Shown: one piece after another, positions 40,275 through 49,981 of the stretch
How the letters are laid out: each line of letters starts with the position of its first letter
Numbering within the stretch: the stretch's first letter is position 1
Assembly: GCA_965205025.1 (NCBI GenBank)
Contig: CBDBFU010000015.1
Span: 256,001 to 320,000, forward strand
DNA: 64,000 bases
From: Candidatus Poribacteria bacterium
GTDB taxonomy: Bacteria; Poribacteria; WGA-4E; WGA-3G
Direction of reading: 5' to 3'
Translations under genes and position numbers: made by a program
The notes under the pieces: generated by a model
The model's input: only the letters and a program-made list of their open reading frames with translations
What the model was told of the DNA's origin: nothing
Database searches by the model: none

Positions 40275-40988
40275 TTAATAATACTTTTTCATCTGTGCCC
40301 AACTGACAGCTAACTTACCTTTTGCTTGAACTACAAGCACTCTATCCCAAGGTATGTTCTCACCAGCAGCATTCGCTTGGTGAATATCATCAAAGTTTGG
40401 ATGTCCCCAACCACCACTGTTTTTGTCAATTACCACAAGTTTAGCCATTTTATTCTTTAAATCTGAAACATCCCACTCTCTACGGGTCATTGTTTCAGTA
40501 TTACTGCCGGTCATTGTCCGTTCAACTTTTCCATTTATCACAAGGTTAACACAACACGGTCCAGGATCAACTTCCCAAGGATGATTACCACCACCCATCA
40601 GAAAATTCATTGATTCTCCAATTATCTTAAACTCAATCGAAGTTAATGTACCTTGGGGAAGGTCAGGTGCGTTACCCCCAGCAGCATTCTTATTCATATC
40701 CCCAGCTTTCTGCCCAAGTTTTGCTCCCTTATCTGGTCCTTGATACTTCTCAGCCAAACCGAGCCACCAATCTCCTTGATGGTTAGAGGGTTGTCCACGG
40801 TTGCGTGCTGTAGGATTATCTCCCCAAGTGGGTTGAAAATCAAATGCATCTCCGGTTTTCTCTTCCCAATCGGTCAAGTCACCCGTCTCAAAGTCGTTAT
40901 TAAAAGAACGCGCAGAAACGAAATTAATAAGTACAAAAGTCAGTATAACCAGAAAAGAAGTAATTATTAAAAACATAGATTTCTTCAT
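40275..40988 (-). CDS. Secreted beta-sandwich protein (paralog) with VQAKGKLAVSWAQMK tail
   Basis: Signal peptide; NDFETGDLTDW, GTLTS.EF.I, FL.GGG, GGWGH.NFDDI. Confidence 0.8.
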   Translation of the reverse strand: MKKSMFLIITSFLVILTFVLINFVSARSFNNDFETGDLTDWEEKTGDAFDFQPTWGDNPTARNRGQPSNHQGDWWLGLAEKYQGPDKGAKLGQKAGDMNKNAAGGNAPDLPQGTLTSIEFKIIGESMNFLMGGGNHPWEVDPGPCCVNLVINGKVERTMTGSNTETMTRREWDVSDLKNKMAKLVVIDKNSGGWGHPNFDDIHQANAAGENIPWDRVLVVQAKGKLAVSWAQMKKYY

Positions 40989-41050
40989 CTATCTCATCTC
41001 CATGTGTCATAGATATAATTAATCTGTTATGATGGTCAATAATAGGAATC

Positions 41051-41091
41051 GGGATTGAAAGATAGAAAATTGATATAATTCTTTCAATCCC
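41051..41091 (-). terminator. Hairpin downstream of 41098-41790
   Basis: GGGATTGAAAGA...TCTTTCAATCCC inverted repeat. Confidence 0.55.
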
Positions 41092-41097
41092 CAATAT

Positions 41098-41790
41098 TTA
41101 TCTGTAGTACTTTTTCATCTGTGCCCAACTGACGGCTAACTTACCCTTGGCTTCAACAGCAAGCACTCTATCCCAAGGTATGTTATCCCCAGCAGCATTC
41201 GCTTGATGAACATCATCAAAGTTTGGATGTCCCCAACCACCACTGTTTTGATCAACAACAACAAGTTTAGCAGTTTTTCCCTTCAATTCGGCAACATCCC
41301 ATTCCTTACGACTCATAGTTTCATTGGCATTCCCAGTGGATGTTCGTTCAACATTTCCATTAATCACAAGGTTAACACAGCAAGGTGCTGCAGTACCCCA
41401 TGCATGGTTTCCTCCACCAATTAGGAAATTCATTGACGCGCCTATAATCTTGAATTCAATTGAGGTAAGTGTACCTTGAGGAGCATCATGTTGAACATCT
41501 CCAGCTTTCTGTCCAAGTGCTTTTCCCTTATTAGGTCCTTGATATTTTTCGAATAAACCGAGCCACCAATCGCCTTGATGTTTAGAAGGCTGACCACGGT
41601 TGCGTGCTGTTGGATTATCTCCCCATGTAGGTTGAAAATCAAATGCTGTTCCTGCTTTTTCCCAATCTGTGAGATCGCCTGTCTCGAAATCGTTGTTAAA
41701 AGCACGGGCAAAAACAAGATCAATAGACATAACAAACATAATTACGAGAATACAGGAAATTAGTAGTGGTAAATAGTTAGCATGTTTCAT
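41098..41790 (-). CDS. Secreted beta-sandwich protein (paralog) with AVEAKGKLAVSWAQMK tail
   Basis: Tandem paralog of 40275-40988. Confidence 0.8.
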   Translation of the reverse strand: MKHANYLPLLISCILVIMFVMSIDLVFARAFNNDFETGDLTDWEKAGTAFDFQPTWGDNPTARNRGQPSKHQGDWWLGLFEKYQGPNKGKALGQKAGDVQHDAPQGTLTSIEFKIIGASMNFLIGGGNHAWGTAAPCCVNLVINGNVERTSTGNANETMSRKEWDVAELKGKTAKLVVVDQNSGGWGHPNFDDVHQANAAGDNIPWDRVLAVEAKGKLAVSWAQMKKYYR

Positions 41791-42088
41791 GTTTATCTCC
41801 TTATGTTTAGTGGTTGTGTTTAGTTAGACCATATCTGATTAGACAATGATTAATGTATTAGTTTAAGGGTAATCGTTTCACATGTTTAAACACGAATAGG
41901 TAGGTAATGGAGTTGAATCCATTTCATAGTTTATAGACTATCTTACATATATTTTACCAGATTTCAGTAGTCGTAGCAATATAAACTGGCAACATTAGCG
42001 TCAATTTTAGGAAATGAGGCTCTTGGTTTTGGTAAATCGAGTCCCATAGGGACTCAATTATCGGGATATACACTATGGTCATTTGATA

Positions 42089-44830
42089 CTATTTCATAAT
42101 TAGCATTTTGCGTGTAGCAGTGAATTCATCTGCATTCAACGTATAGAAATACACACCACTCGCGACGGGTTCACCCATAGCATTGCGTCCATCCCAAAAT
42201 GCAGCACGGTTTCTGTTCGTGTAGATGCCGACAGGTTGATGCCCTAATGCCAATTTTCGCACCAGAAGTCCATCCGCAGCATAAATGGATATACTCACAT
42301 CTGAGGGGGTTGCCAACTGATAAGGTATCCAGGTCTCAGGGTTGAACGGATTCGGATAGTTCGCCAGCAGTGCGTTTTTGTCGGGTAAGGTAACAGTGAC
42401 GGTGGGTGCTGCTTGTGTTTCGATAACTTCAAAGCGCGTGATTTCGGTAAAATCATGGTAAATGGTATTCCCTGCTTTGTCAGTAACCGATATACCGATA
42501 ACCCCCCAAATACCGGGAACACTACCTTCCGGTAAGTAGATATACCCAGTATATTTACGATAAACCTTTGGGTCATCTTGAAAATAGATTCCTCCCCATC
42601 CCGCTCCATAATAATAGGGTCCCAAAATAGTATGGTCTCGTTCACCCCCCAACGGATCTCTGATAACGATAGACCCTTTTTCAAACCCACTTATATCGTC
42701 TTTCACATAATATTCTACAGTGACGGATGTCTCACCATTGGGATTTTTCGGATTTGCAGGTTCGGCATCAACAGTGATCCTGTTAACATCGAGTGTAGGC
42801 GGTTTAGTATCTGGGTTCTTCGTTTCTATTGTTACTTTTTGTATCTGGTCATCAATGTTAGGTAACCAAGCATTCTCCCGATTTATATCATCCGAAAAGT
42901 AGAGTCTTTTTAATTCATACACCCCTCCGGGCATATAATGCGGAATGAAAAAAGTTGATTTCAATGTCCAAATATCTTCCTCTCGACTGACGATAGAAGC
43001 ATACACCAGTTTGCCAATACGATAATTATATGTCTGGCCGTATGGAGGTAGGTAGCCATATTCGCCAGTGTTCTGTTCTTCTGGTTGTATATAGGTGTAT
43101 CCGCTGAGTGTCCTATCCTCTTTTACTTGCCATGTTGCGGTTACGGCGTAGAAATGCTCGTTTTTATCGGTATATGCGTCTGCTACTGACAACTTTGCGG
43201 AATTCGGCACATATTCCGGTGGGTATAAATCTTCGTATACGTTATTGATATAGATTTGTAAGCCGAATGCACCCGAGTTATATCTTGTGAGTCGATTCAC
43301 ATCGTATGTATACACCTGTGTTAGTGTGTAATTCCCTTTAGCGTAATACGGAGGCACCCTTGTGTTTCCACGCAATATATTGCTCTGCCTTTGACGAAAA
43401 GAAGTTCTACCCTCTGCATCGACAGGACGTAAATTAACATAGAAGTTATTGAGATGATTTCGATAGTCATCTATCAATCTGAAGAACACACGTCCCCCTG
43501 TTGAGTAATCCAATTCGTTTTCTGTATGTGTTTCTATTTCAATTTTAACCCACCAAACCGATTCTGGTTCACCTTCCACTGTTGCATCCACCCGTATGAC
43601 TTGACCGGGGTACACATAATCAGGATATAGATTATAGACAACAAAGGTGAGATCTTCGCGTATTTGCGACATATAACGTGTGCCGTGCATAATCCTGTTC
43701 TGTATGAATTCATACTTAGCAGGTGATCTTGACCTGAGTTTATCCGGGGTGACAATATAGTAAGCGATACTTTCTGCCATATCTTCATTTGGATTGACGC
43801 CATGTGCGTAGTCGGATACAAACTCGGTCTGATTGGTTGTCAACCACCTTCCATCTTCATAATACCACCCACCCAGTTCTATCCAGTCTGCTTTGAGATG
43901 CTCATCAAATAGATAGGTCCACAAGAAATGTGCTTTTTCATGGAGAATAATCCGTTGTGTGTCGTGTGTGATACCATCTATAAAAGCAGCATCTGTAAAC
44001 TCTATATAGCCTGCCCCCGTATTTGCGAGTGCTGCGTATTCAACATACGGATCTGGTGCCCGTCTGATAAGATATTTCAATCCCGGTGTTACATGCATGC
44101 CTGATGGATATTCTTCAAACATTATCATGATACCCATTATTTCTTCATAGTTAAATTTGTCAAACTTATGGTCAGGTTCATCTGTTAAAGCTTCATAGTC
44201 GGAGACATGCACTGTAACGCCATATTTATATTGGAGCATGTTGTCTATTGCCTGGTGTTGGATTCCCATTCCCGGTATGTATGTAGCAAATCTGAGAACG
44301 GCTCGCCAAAGTCGCTTGGAAAAATATCGTCCTCGAATACCATCTATTTTTGCGACAAACGGATGTGCATTCGTGAAAGCCTCTGATGCAATTGTTATCG
44401 TCCGAAGACTACTGTCTCCCACATCAGGTCCCAGGTCGATATCCTGTGCCACATGAGCATCACTCAATATCCAATAACTTGGGTTAGATCCCCAAGTTCT
44501 ACCATACCCTTCCGTCATATCTTCTAATGTCTGTAGAAGCAGATATGCTTTATCCGTATCCCATTCTGGCGATAAATACACTCTATACTGATCTGCTAAT
44601 CTCATACTTGCACTATCTGATATAAACGTTTTGATGCCGGTATCTTCGATTTCCACCTCTATCGGTTGGGGAACAAAGACTGTTTCTTGTCCTGAAGGAA
44701 CTTCATCAATTGACCAGTGATATGTAGTCGTTTCCCATTCTGCAATTGCCAGTCCAGAAAATAGGCTAATTATCAAAAGAGTGATCGTAGAATAGATTAA
44801 CAATTGCTGTCTTACCAGAGTCTCACGCAT
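42089..44830 (-). CDS. Secreted zinc metallopeptidase-like protein with FlgD-Ig/T9SS-type C-terminal domain
   Basis: ILHEKAH (HEXXH), FVSDYA...PNEDMAES; C-terminus LLANYPNPFNPETWIPYQL...TRKMLIMK. Confidence 0.8.
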   Translation of the reverse strand: MRETLVRQQLLIYSTITLLIISLFSGLAIAEWETTTYHWSIDEVPSGQETVFVPQPIEVEIEDTGIKTFISDSASMRLADQYRVYLSPEWDTDKAYLLLQTLEDMTEGYGRTWGSNPSYWILSDAHVAQDIDLGPDVGDSSLRTITIASEAFTNAHPFVAKIDGIRGRYFSKRLWRAVLRFATYIPGMGIQHQAIDNMLQYKYGVTVHVSDYEALTDEPDHKFDKFNYEEIMGIMIMFEEYPSGMHVTPGLKYLIRRAPDPYVEYAALANTGAGYIEFTDAAFIDGITHDTQRIILHEKAHFLWTYLFDEHLKADWIELGGWYYEDGRWLTTNQTEFVSDYAHGVNPNEDMAESIAYYIVTPDKLRSRSPAKYEFIQNRIMHGTRYMSQIREDLTFVVYNLYPDYVYPGQVIRVDATVEGEPESVWWVKIEIETHTENELDYSTGGRVFFRLIDDYRNHLNNFYVNLRPVDAEGRTSFRQRQSNILRGNTRVPPYYAKGNYTLTQVYTYDVNRLTRYNSGAFGLQIYINNVYEDLYPPEYVPNSAKLSVADAYTDKNEHFYAVTATWQVKEDRTLSGYTYIQPEEQNTGEYGYLPPYGQTYNYRIGKLVYASIVSREEDIWTLKSTFFIPHYMPGGVYELKRLYFSDDINRENAWLPNIDDQIQKVTIETKNPDTKPPTLDVNRITVDAEPANPKNPNGETSVTVEYYVKDDISGFEKGSIVIRDPLGGERDHTILGPYYYGAGWGGIYFQDDPKVYRKYTGYIYLPEGSVPGIWGVIGISVTDKAGNTIYHDFTEITRFEVIETQAAPTVTVTLPDKNALLANYPNPFNPETWIPYQLATPSDVSISIYAADGLLVRKLALGHQPVGIYTNRNRAAFWDGRNAMGEPVASGVYFYTLNADEFTATRKMLIMK

Positions 44831-44889
44831 TGCACTGTTCCTCCGTAATTATCAAGTTGGTTTTATGTGTTGCCATCAAAGTCATATAA

Positions 44890-45002
44890 TACCATTTCTA
44901 TAAATGTCTATTCCATGAAGAGTTGTTAAAGCAGGTCTTTAAATACCGCACAAACTAAAAGTTTATGCTACATTAAAAAGACTATAATTATCAGAAATGG
45001 CA
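44890..45002. mobile_element. IS630-type MITE, copy C
   Basis: TACCATTTCT...AGAAATGGCA; internal similarity to copies A and B. Confidence 0.8.
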
Positions 45003-45097
45003 TTACTTATAGTCTGTATCAATGACCCCATGAGTTATACTAATAGTATGAGTTACCCTATCAGATAGATGTATTTGCATCACCGCCGATCTATTCT

Positions 45098-45328
45098 TTG
45101 CTCCAGCGGAGCAATATGTCTATAGAAAAAACACCACACCTTTAATGCACTCCAGCGGAGTGCTATGTCTATAAGAGTAAAATTCTGGTTCCTTAGTCTG
45201 CAGTCCCCGTTCCTTTGTCTAATAGCCTGTTCTTACGCATCTAAGAGATTTGAGATACATTGCACTCCGCTGGAGTGCATGCTCTGTGTGTATCGGTTTT
45301 CTATAGACATATCACACCGCTGGTGTGA
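45098..45328. repeat. REPIN/BIME-like inverted doublet of CTCCAGCGGAG palindromes
   Basis: Four units (45098, 45147, 45261, 45312); the right pair is an inverted copy of the left pair including TATGTCTATAGAAAA. Confidence 0.75.
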
Positions 45329-45456
45329 AGAACTCTCAGCCGGTAGCGTCTCATTTCTTAAAGAAAATGCCAGTGAATTCAACTTAACCCACTCATTAAC
45401 AATCACTGGGAAGCTAATAAACATCAACATTCCAGCTATCCTATGGTCATTTGATA

Positions 45457-48354
45457 CTATTTCATAATTAACATTTTGCGTGTCGCTGTGAATTCACCTG
45501 CATTCAGCGTATAGAAATACACACCACTCGCGACAGATTCACCCAACACATTTTTTCCATCCCAATATGCAGCACGGTTTCTGTTCGTGTAGATGCCGTC
45601 AGGTTGATGGCCTAACGCCAATTTTCGCACCAAAAGTCCATCCGCAGCATAAATCTTCAGCGTTACATCTGTGGACTTTGCCAGTTGATAAGGTATCCAC
45701 GTCTCAGGATTGAACGGGTTTGGATAGTTTGCCAAGAGTGCCGTTGTTTTCGGCACCGTTTCTGTCTCTCTCAGTATCGTTAGGAGATTTTGCAGCACAG
45801 CAATTCCTTCTTGAAAACCCGCATCTGTCAGGTTAATTTGCTTGGCGTGGTCAATCCATCCTTGGAGACTCTCAGTTATGGATACAGCAGCAGGTGCTGC
45901 GGCGGATTCCTCAAGTGTGTCTAAAACTACGTTAATGTCTTCACGGTTTACTTCACCGTCGCCGTTGACATCCCCCTGTGCAGGGGTTGCATCGGTTCTT
46001 CCATAGTTCTCTGCAACTAATACTAAATCTATCACATCCACGACACCATCCCCATTGACATCCTTTGCAGGTGCAAACGCTGCGTAAATGGTATAGTCGC
46101 CAGTCATTTGTGCATAACTTTGGACTTTGATGTAATATGTCCCCGGGTACATATACCTTTCTATTCTGAAATTTAATTCTTCATTCACAGTTTCATCGGC
46201 ATTCGTTGCTAATGTGATGCCTTCACTATCTTGCAATGTGCCTATCGTATCCAGGGTCCCTGTCGTCCAAAGTGTGAGTTGACCAAACTCCTCTATTTGC
46301 ACATTGAAGTAATCCACATCATTGCCGGGGTCTATCTTTGCTGTGATTGAGTCCCCCAGAAGCAGCGAGGTTGCTTCAATTTCTGCGATGTCCCACAACA
46401 ACACCGTGCCGTCATCACTCCCACTTGCGAGGATGCGTCCATCCGGACTGAAATCAACACTATTGACAGCAGCGGTATGTCCTTCAAGTCTACCTATTTC
46501 TACCCGTGTATCCCACAAACGCACGGTGTTGTCAGAACTCCCACTTGCAAGGATGTGTCCATCCGGACTGAACGATACACTATTGACTTTTTCGGTATGC
46601 CCTTCAAGTGTACTTATTTCTGTCCGTGTACCCACATCCCATAAACGCACGGTGCGGTCATTACTTCCACTGACGATTGTTTTACCATCCGGACTGAACG
46701 AAACACTATTGACCCAACCGGTATGTCCCCGGAGTATAGCGATTTCAGTCCATGTATCCACATCCCACAGACGTACAGTGGCGTCAATACTCCCTGCACT
46801 TGCGAGGATGCGGCCATCTGGACTGAAGACAACACTGTTGACAGCCCCGATATGTTCCCAATGTCTGCCTATTTCTGTCTGCGTAGCAACATCCCACAGA
46901 CTCACAAGAACATTGTAGAAATAACTCCCACTGGCACTTGCGAGGGTGCGTCCGTCCGGACTGAAGACAACACTATTGACAGCCCCAATATCAAGTGTGC
47001 CTGTTTTCGTTTGCGTAGCAACATCCCATAGACGAGTGCCGCCATGCTTCCCCGCACTGGCGATTGTTTTGCTATCCGAACTGAATGATACACTATAAGA
47101 ATTATATATACCAAGTGTGCCTATTTTTGTCTGTGTATCCACATCCCACAAAAAGATGCCGTCCTGCCGCCCACCACTTGCGAGTGTTTTGCCATCTGGA
47201 CTGAACGATACACTATTGATACCACCCCCATACCTGTCACCCGTATGATCCTCAAGCATGGTGCGGAACCAGGAAAATCCCTTTTTTTCTACTTGCGGAG
47301 CAATAACCCATAGGACTTCCCAGGTATGTTCAGGTCCTCCGATGGATCCAGGGAGGGTATATCCAACTATTTTTGTCTGCGTAGCAACATCCAAAAAACG
47401 CGCACTGCCCACCCCAGTCCTATATGCGATTGTCTGACCATCGGGACTAAACGATACACCCGTGACAATGCCATTAGTCACCTCAAATGTAGTTATTTCT
47501 GTTTGCGTAGCAACATCCCACAAACGCACATCGCCGTCATTACTTCCAGTTGCGAGGGTTTTGCCATCCGGACTGAAAACAAGACTATTGACCCGACCGG
47601 TATGCCCTTCAAGGGTGCCTATTTCTGTCCATGTATCCACATTCCATAAACGCGCGTTATAGTCATTACTTCCACTTGCGAGGGTTTTGCCATCCGGACT
47701 GAAAGATACACCACTGACGTAACCGGTATGCCCTACAAGTGTGCCTATTTCTGTCCGCATAGCAACATCCCATAGGCGCACAATGTCGTCTTTACCTCCA
47801 ATTGCGATTGTCTGACCATCCGGACTGAACGATACGCTATTGCTATCTCCCCACTGTCCCTCAAGTGTGTATATTTGTGTCTGTGTAGCAACATCCCATA
47901 GACGTAGGGTGTTGTCATCACCCCGACTTACGATAGTTTTTCCATCGGGACTGAATGATAAACTTTTAACAGTATCGGTATGTCCTTCAAAGGTGCCTAT
48001 CTCCGACCATGTATTCATATTCCACAGACGGACAGTGCCGTCAATACTCCCACTTGCGAAGGTGCTGTCATCTGGACTGAAAATAACAGTATTGATATTC
48101 TCCGTATGTTCCGTGAGTAGGGTAAGTTCTTCGCCTGTCTGTATATCATAAATCCATATACCGATTTTACTCGCCACAGCAAGCAACGTTCCATCTTGTG
48201 TGCACGTTATATCATTTATCCCGCCTTTGCCAAGTCGTGCTTTTGCCCCTTCGGGTAAACTCCATTGCGTATAATCTTGTGCAAAGGTGCTGGGTAGAAA
48301 AAAGGCTAAACCAAAAAATAGTGTCAAAATAATCGTAAACAGTTTTCTTTTCAT
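45457..48354 (-). CDS. WD40 repeat protein with PPC-like domain, dockerin-like repeats and FlgD-Ig/T9SS-type C-terminal domain
   Basis: Many GHT..V.SV.FSPDG..LASGS.D.TVRLWD repeats; DVDYF; DVNGDG twice; LLANYPNPFNPETWIPYQL. Confidence 0.92.
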   Translation of the reverse strand: MKRKLFTIILTLFFGLAFFLPSTFAQDYTQWSLPEGAKARLGKGGINDITCTQDGTLLAVASKIGIWIYDIQTGEELTLLTEHTENINTVIFSPDDSTFASGSIDGTVRLWNMNTWSEIGTFEGHTDTVKSLSFSPDGKTIVSRGDDNTLRLWDVATQTQIYTLEGQWGDSNSVSFSPDGQTIAIGGKDDIVRLWDVAMRTEIGTLVGHTGYVSGVSFSPDGKTLASGSNDYNARLWNVDTWTEIGTLEGHTGRVNSLVFSPDGKTLATGSNDGDVRLWDVATQTEITTFEVTNGIVTGVSFSPDGQTIAYRTGVGSARFLDVATQTKIVGYTLPGSIGGPEHTWEVLWVIAPQVEKKGFSWFRTMLEDHTGDRYGGGINSVSFSPDGKTLASGGRQDGIFLWDVDTQTKIGTLGIYNSYSVSFSSDSKTIASAGKHGGTRLWDVATQTKTGTLDIGAVNSVVFSPDGRTLASASGSYFYNVLVSLWDVATQTEIGRHWEHIGAVNSVVFSPDGRILASAGSIDATVRLWDVDTWTEIAILRGHTGWVNSVSFSPDGKTIVSGSNDRTVRLWDVGTRTEISTLEGHTEKVNSVSFSPDGHILASGSSDNTVRLWDTRVEIGRLEGHTAAVNSVDFSPDGRILASGSDDGTVLLWDIAEIEATSLLLGDSITAKIDPGNDVDYFNVQIEEFGQLTLWTTGTLDTIGTLQDSEGITLATNADETVNEELNFRIERYMYPGTYYIKVQSYAQMTGDYTIYAAFAPAKDVNGDGVVDVIDLVLVAENYGRTDATPAQGDVNGDGEVNREDINVVLDTLEESAAAPAAVSITESLQGWIDHAKQINLTDAGFQEGIAVLQNLLTILRETETVPKTTALLANYPNPFNPETWIPYQLAKSTDVTLKIYAADGLLVRKLALGHQPDGIYTNRNRAAYWDGKNVLGESVASGVYFYTLNAGEFTATRKMLIMK

Positions 48355-48486
48355 TATGAAAACTCTCTCCTTAGTATTAGCCGTGTCATAATGCTCATAG
48401 TGTTACCCAGTTGCGTTTACATATTCTTTTATGGATGTGAAAACATAGAAAAAAGGCAGGATCACTATGAATATCCGCCAAAATAA

Positions 48487-48600
48487 TACCAATTCTATTT
48501 AAATAGTTCACATTACGAATACTCTTAGAAGTCCCCCTGACAAGGGGGATTTAGGGGGTTTCTCCAATTAATAATGGGCAATCATTATTTAGAAATGGTA
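48487..48600. mobile_element. IS630-type MITE, copy D (different interior)
   Basis: TACCAATTCT...AGAAATGGTA; interior TCCCCCTGACAAGGGGGATTTAGGGGG. Confidence 0.7.
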
Positions 48601-48856
48601 TAAGATAAAACCGTATTTCTGTTGATGTCGTAGAATGCCGCTTGCTAAATCGGGGATAGGCACCCTACACATAGTTGACCAAAGTATTAGCATACGGATA
48701 CTTGCAATGGTTAGTTACGTGCTATCCAATTATAATCATAGGGATTGTGTTGGGAAGTATTGTAAGGTATCGCACTGAAAGTGTCAACACGATTTCTTTA
48801 GGGGCATACAAACGGAAGGAAATGTTGATGACTGTACTTTGGGGAAGGCTAACGCT

Positions 48857-49693
48857 TTAATGCACCATTGACCCGCCAGCTACAGGTATAGACAAACCTG
48901 TTAAAAAGTTTGATTGTTCTGATGCTAAAAAGGCTACTGTATTAGCAACGTCTGTTCTGGTTGCGAGTCTGCCGAGTGGAACTATGCCGGATCTGTTTTG
49001 TATAAGTTCCTCATACTTATCTTTAAATTGCTCGTTATTTTCCGTGAGAGAATTCACAAGTTGGGTCACGCGCTCTGTATCCACTAAGCTTGGGCAAACT
49101 GCGTTTACGTTTATCTGATGTGGCGCGAGTTCAAGTGCGAGTGCTTGCGTAAATCCAATAATAGCAAACTTTGAGGCACTATACGCGGCGTATCTCGGCA
49201 TAGCCTCTTTTCCCACTACAGACGATATATTTATTATTTTACCGTGTATTTTTTTCTCTATAAAATGACGGGCTACCGCTTGGGAGCAAAGGAATGTTCC
49301 TTTTGCATTTACTTTGAGAACTCTATCCCATTCTTTATCGTCCAAATCGACAGTGAGAACACGGTCTTTGTCCGGTTTAGACCCTGCATTGTTAACGAGT
49401 ATATCTATCTGCCTAAACTCACGGACTACATTTTTTACCATGTCAGAGACTTTATCTGGATTCGTAATATTTACGACAACCCCATAGGAGCGTCTACCAA
49501 TGGATTTTATTTCTCTAACGACATCCTGTAAGCCAACCCATTCAGATTCTTCCGAACTATACGGTTTTTCTACAACGTCATTAACGACGACATCCGCGCC
49601 GTCCTTTGCTAACCTGACTGCAATAGCCCGTCCTAAGCCATACTCGCCGGCGGCACCTGTTACAAGAGCAATCTTCCCATTTAAATTCCCCAT
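48857..49693 (-). CDS. SDR family oxidoreductase
   Basis: ALVTGAAG..GLG, NNAG, NISS, YSASK, NAVCP. Confidence 0.92.
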   Translation of the reverse strand: MGNLNGKIALVTGAAGEYGLGRAIAVRLAKDGADVVVNDVVEKPYSSEESEWVGLQDVVREIKSIGRRSYGVVVNITNPDKVSDMVKNVVREFRQIDILVNNAGSKPDKDRVLTVDLDDKEWDRVLKVNAKGTFLCSQAVARHFIEKKIHGKIINISSVVGKEAMPRYAAYSASKFAIIGFTQALALELAPHQINVNAVCPSLVDTERVTQLVNSLTENNEQFKDKYEELIQNRSGIVPLGRLATRTDVANTVAFLASEQSNFLTGLSIPVAGGSMVH

Positions 49694-49851
49694 ATTACCT
49701 CTCCAGTAGTTTTCACACGCTGCAATTGTGAATCTCCTTGTTAGTATTTAGTAAGTTTAATATTTATCAGTCAATGTCACAAGACTTTGGACAATTTTAT
49801 GCAATACACATTTCGCCCCGCAAATCAAGGAATCAACGGTATGAATGACAT

Positions 49852-49962
49852 ATGAAGATTAATTTTTAAATTCGGTAATTTTGTAAAATTCAGTGCGGTT
49901 AGGAAACCGCACCTACCGAGTTTGGGAAATTAGAATTACCGAAATACTTCTTTATTCTTCAT
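49852..49962. mobile_element. MITE (ATGAAGA...TCTTCAT) with REP hairpin GTGCGGTTAGGAAACCGCACCTACC
   Basis: Outer TIR plus inner TTCGGTAATT/AATTACCGAA inverted repeat. Confidence 0.65.
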
Positions 49963-49981
49963 TTGAGTATAAAATACCTCA

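Noticed and set aside
45165-45467. Short ORFs over the REP cluster
   Set aside because: Derived from palindromic repeats
46322-48151. Repetitive antisense ORFs and ~126-bp periodic DNA; considered as CRISPR or DGR
   Set aside because: Explained by WD40 coding repeats; no spacers, cas genes or reverse transcriptase
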